Assembly (NCBI GenBank): GCA_038087875.1
Contig: JAXLNO010000133.1
Coordinates: 1-37,741, forward strand
DNA length: 37,741 bases
Direction of reading: 5' to 3'
Origin: Malacoraja senta
Lineage: Eukaryota
This document shows, piece by piece, positions 34,858 to 37,741 of the stretch. The translations under genes were made by a program, and so were the position numbers. Numbering within the stretch: the stretch's first letter is position 1; every line of letters starts with the position of its first letter. The notes below the pieces were generated by a model. It was given only the letters and a program-made list of their open reading frames with translations, ran no database searches and was not told where the DNA came from.

Positions 34858-35130
34858 GGGTTTGGTTTGGTTTAGGGATACATCATGGAAGCAGGCCCTT
34901 CGGCCCACCGAGTCCGTGCCGGCCATCGATCACCCGAACACTAGTTCTATCCTGCACACTTACAAAAGCCAGTTAACCTACAAACCGGGACGTCTTTGGG
35001 ATGTGGGAGGAAACCGGAGCACCTGGAGAAAACCCACGCGGGTCACGGGGAGAACGAACAAACTCCGTACAGGCAGCACCCGTAGTCAGGATGGAACCCG
35101 GGTCTCTGGCGCTGTAAGGCAGCAACTCTA
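34858..35130 (-). mobile_element. V-SINE
   Basis: Head, V-domain and tail. Confidence 0.8.
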
Positions 35131-35715
35131 CTGGATACAAATCCTGTATCTGGCAGCAGATAAATAATGTTGAATAAATCTGTCTGTCTGTCTCTCATTT
35201 CAGGAATGTTTTTAAAAGCTGGCACAACTCTTGGTCGAGAGATTAGTTGGCCGGGATATAATCCTTGCCTCCTGAATTCCTGACTAAGTTACAACCCCTT
35301 GCATGTAACTTCCAGCAATGCAACACAGTTTCCTCCGCTTCCTGTCTTAGGGGTTAAAAATAGGCAGGAGAGCGACCCATTATGGGTTGGGATCTGCAGA
35401 GCACAAAATCAAAATAGAATTGTATTAGTTGGTGGCAAATGTACAATTAACAGAGCGCACCTCTCCCACATTCCGGAATACAGTCCACGTTGCCAAAACC
35501 CATTCCAGAGACACTGGACTTTTCCAGGATGGGAGTGAGTTCAAGAAAGGTTTCCGCTGCCATTGCGGTGAATTTTATGACGTTCTTGAGTCTATAATCG
35601 GGAAAATCAACCAGCAATCTCAGACAGTAATCAAATCTGGCGGGGTCCTGAAATTTGGTGAAAATCTTCACGCCAGCAACTCGAGAAAACTGGACCATTC
35701 AGCTGATGCGGTAAT

Positions 35716-36182
35716 TGGAATAGATCGGGTAGACGCACAGAGTCTCTTGCCCAGAGTAGGGGAATCGAGGACCAGAGGACATGGGTTTAAGGTGAAGGGG
35801 AAAAGGATTAATAGGAATCTGAGGGGTAACATTTTCACACAAAGGGTGTATGGAACAAGCTGCTGGAGGAGGTAGTCGAGGCAGGGACTATCCCAACGTT
35901 TAAGAAACAGTTAGACAGGTACATGGATAGTCAAGTCAAGTCAAGTGAGTTTATTGTCATGTGTCCCTGGTAGGACAATGAAATTCTTGCTTTGCTTGAG
36001 CACAACAGAACATAGTAGGCATTTACTACAAGGCATTCTATAAATATATACACATAGGACAGGTTTTGAGGGATATGGGCCAAACGCAGGCAGGTGGGAC
36101 TAGTGTAGATGGGCATTGTTGGCCGGTGTGGGCAAGTTGGGCCGAAGGGCCTGTTTCCACACTGTGTGACTCTATGACTCTA
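35716..36182 (+). mobile_element. CR1 3' fragment interrupted by a Rex1-type tail (about 35931-36050, minus)
   Basis: GIDRVDAQSLLPRVGESRTRGHGFKVKG; 3' UTR has a single GTTGGCCGGTGTGGGCAAGTTGG. Confidence 0.82.
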
Positions 36183-36396
36183 TAACATAACATCTTCCCG
36201 AGAACTGAACACAATACACTAAATGTGGCCTCACCGTCTTAAATAACCGCAACATGACCCCCCCTCCCCCCCCCAACTTCTATACATGCCTACATCCATA
36301 TCCAATCATTCACATCTACAAAACCCAGCTCAGGGGCGGACGGTGGCACAACGGTAGAGTTGCTGCCTTGCTATAACATGGTGCCCAAAACTCAGC

Positions 36397-36850
36397 TTAC
36401 TTACTTACTGCCTATGAAGCCTCCTGGCATGTAGGGCAGCAATGAAGGTCCTCCACTGCTGTCTGTTCTGGGCTAGCTTCTGGACACTACCCCAGGTCAA
36501 GTCCATTGTCCTTTTCCCTTCCGGTGTCCAGTGCAGGGCTATTCTTGGGATGCTGTCTGTTTCTCTTCATCCTCGCATCTGTCGATAGCCCTGGAAGTCC
36601 ATCACGCCCAGTAGTGTTGATTCCTTCAGTTGCTGTTTCCGTAGCATATTTGTTTTACGAGACAGGGTTGTTAGCCCTGTGCTTAACCTCCAACCTGGAG
36701 GACCAGTGGATCGCTCTTCGTCTCGCCTCTACCCTTCCACCTGTCCAGCACGGGAGACCCTAACAGGAGACGAATCTCCCGCTGGCATAGCTCTAGGGGT
36801 CACTGAGACACACAAGCTCCCCGACCACGACAAGGCTGCAATCCAACCGG
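36397..36850 (-). mobile_element. Bipartite non-autonomous RTE-clade element (5' UTR joined to 3' end)
   Basis: 5' GCAGCCTTGTCGTGGTCGGGGAGCTTGTGTGTCTCAGTGACCCCTAGAGCTATGCC resembles RTE 5' UTRs; 3' MDLTWGSVQKLAQNRQQWRTFIAAL plus (TAAG)n tail. Confidence 0.68.
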
Positions 36851-37100
36851 GCGCCAAAACTGAGCACAATGCTGTAAAACGCGGCCATTTTATTTAACTT
36901 TCCAGCTGCCATGCTTGTGGCCTTTGGAGTCAGTGTGGGCAAGTTGGGCTGAAGGGCCCGTTTCCGCGCTGTATCACCCTACGACTCCAAATTCAGAGAC
37001 ATTAGATCAAGCAAAGGGGGGGGATACAGAGTGCAGGATATAGTTCTCAGCATCATCGCGCATCAGTTCCATTCTGTAGTCAATGTCAGGGTGAAGTAAG

Positions 37101-37430
37101 CGGCCGGCACGCTGGTGCAGCAGTAAAGTTGCTGCCACACAGCGCCAGACACCCGGGTTCGATCCTGACCACGGTTGCTGTCTGTGCGAACTTTGCACGT
37201 TCACCCCCTGACCTGCGTGGGTTTTCTCCGGGTACTCCGGCTTTTTCCCACACTCCAAAGACGGACAGGTTTGTAGGTTAATTGGCTTGGGTAAAAATGT
37301 AAATTGTCCCTCGTGCGTGCGTGCGTGCATGTGTGCGTGTGTGTGGTAGAACTAGCGCACAGGTGATCGCTGGTTGGCACGGACTCGGTGGGCCGAAGGG
37401 CCCGTTTCCGTGCTGTATCTCCAAACGAAA
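37101..37430 (+). mobile_element. Near full-length V-SINE
   Basis: A/B boxes, V-domain and tail. Confidence 0.82.
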
Positions 37431-37639
37431 AGGAAAACAAAACTTTCTTCAGGCAATGCTGAAACAGAACATGAATCGCTGGGGGTGAGAACTATTTGCA
37501 AACTAAATCTCACCGTGGCATGAAACCAAGTGTGGGGGGGGGGTTTGGACAGGCGTTGGCTCCCCGCTCTGTGTGAATCTTTGGGAGGTTTCAGTCTGGA
37601 ACTGTTCATCACATTGAACAGTTCCAGACACATTGCCCC

Positions 37640-37741
37640 ATCTAGACCATCACACAAACCAACCTCCCTTCCATTGACTCCATCTACACCTCACGCTGCC
37701 TCGGCAAGGCCAGCAGCATCATCAAGGACCAGTCTCACCCC
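37640..37741 (+). mobile_element. Rex1/Babar-type LINE fragment running off the window
   Basis: ITQTNLPSIDSIYTSRCLGKASSIIKDQSH. Confidence 0.72.

Noticed and set aside
35230..35715. ORFs 35429-35875 and 35447-35698 in unique-looking DNA
   Set aside because: No recognisable domain or splice support; the longer ORF ends in CR1 sequence.
22500..37741. Terminal exons of a neighbouring gene such as lmbr1l
   Set aside because: No recognisable matching peptide in unique segments; very short exons cannot be excluded without a search.

Overview
Repeat-dense vertebrate genomic DNA, most likely a cartilaginous fish (skate/ray), inferred from HE1-like V-SINEs and matching CR1 tails. The only host gene I can support is coding exon 1 of a Hedgehog-family gene on the minus strand (10940-11236), with Desert hedgehog-like residues. 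I could not find exon 2, so 1-10939 appears to be intron 1 and >11.4 kb is upstream DNA. As written, exon 1 has no in-frame ATG. The rest is mobile DNA (CR1, Rex1/Babar, L1-like, RTE, V-SINEs, MITEs, Penelope-like elements), simple repeats and an 18-bp minisatellite derived from a CR1 3' UTR. The most striking non-gene signal is a very abundant short repeat that is the end of a Penelope-like element and carries a minimal hammerhead ribozyme core. It occurs as solo copies, head-to-head fold-backs and fixed-boundary 66-bp tandem arrays. Repeat boundaries were read by eye and are approximate; no searches were run.
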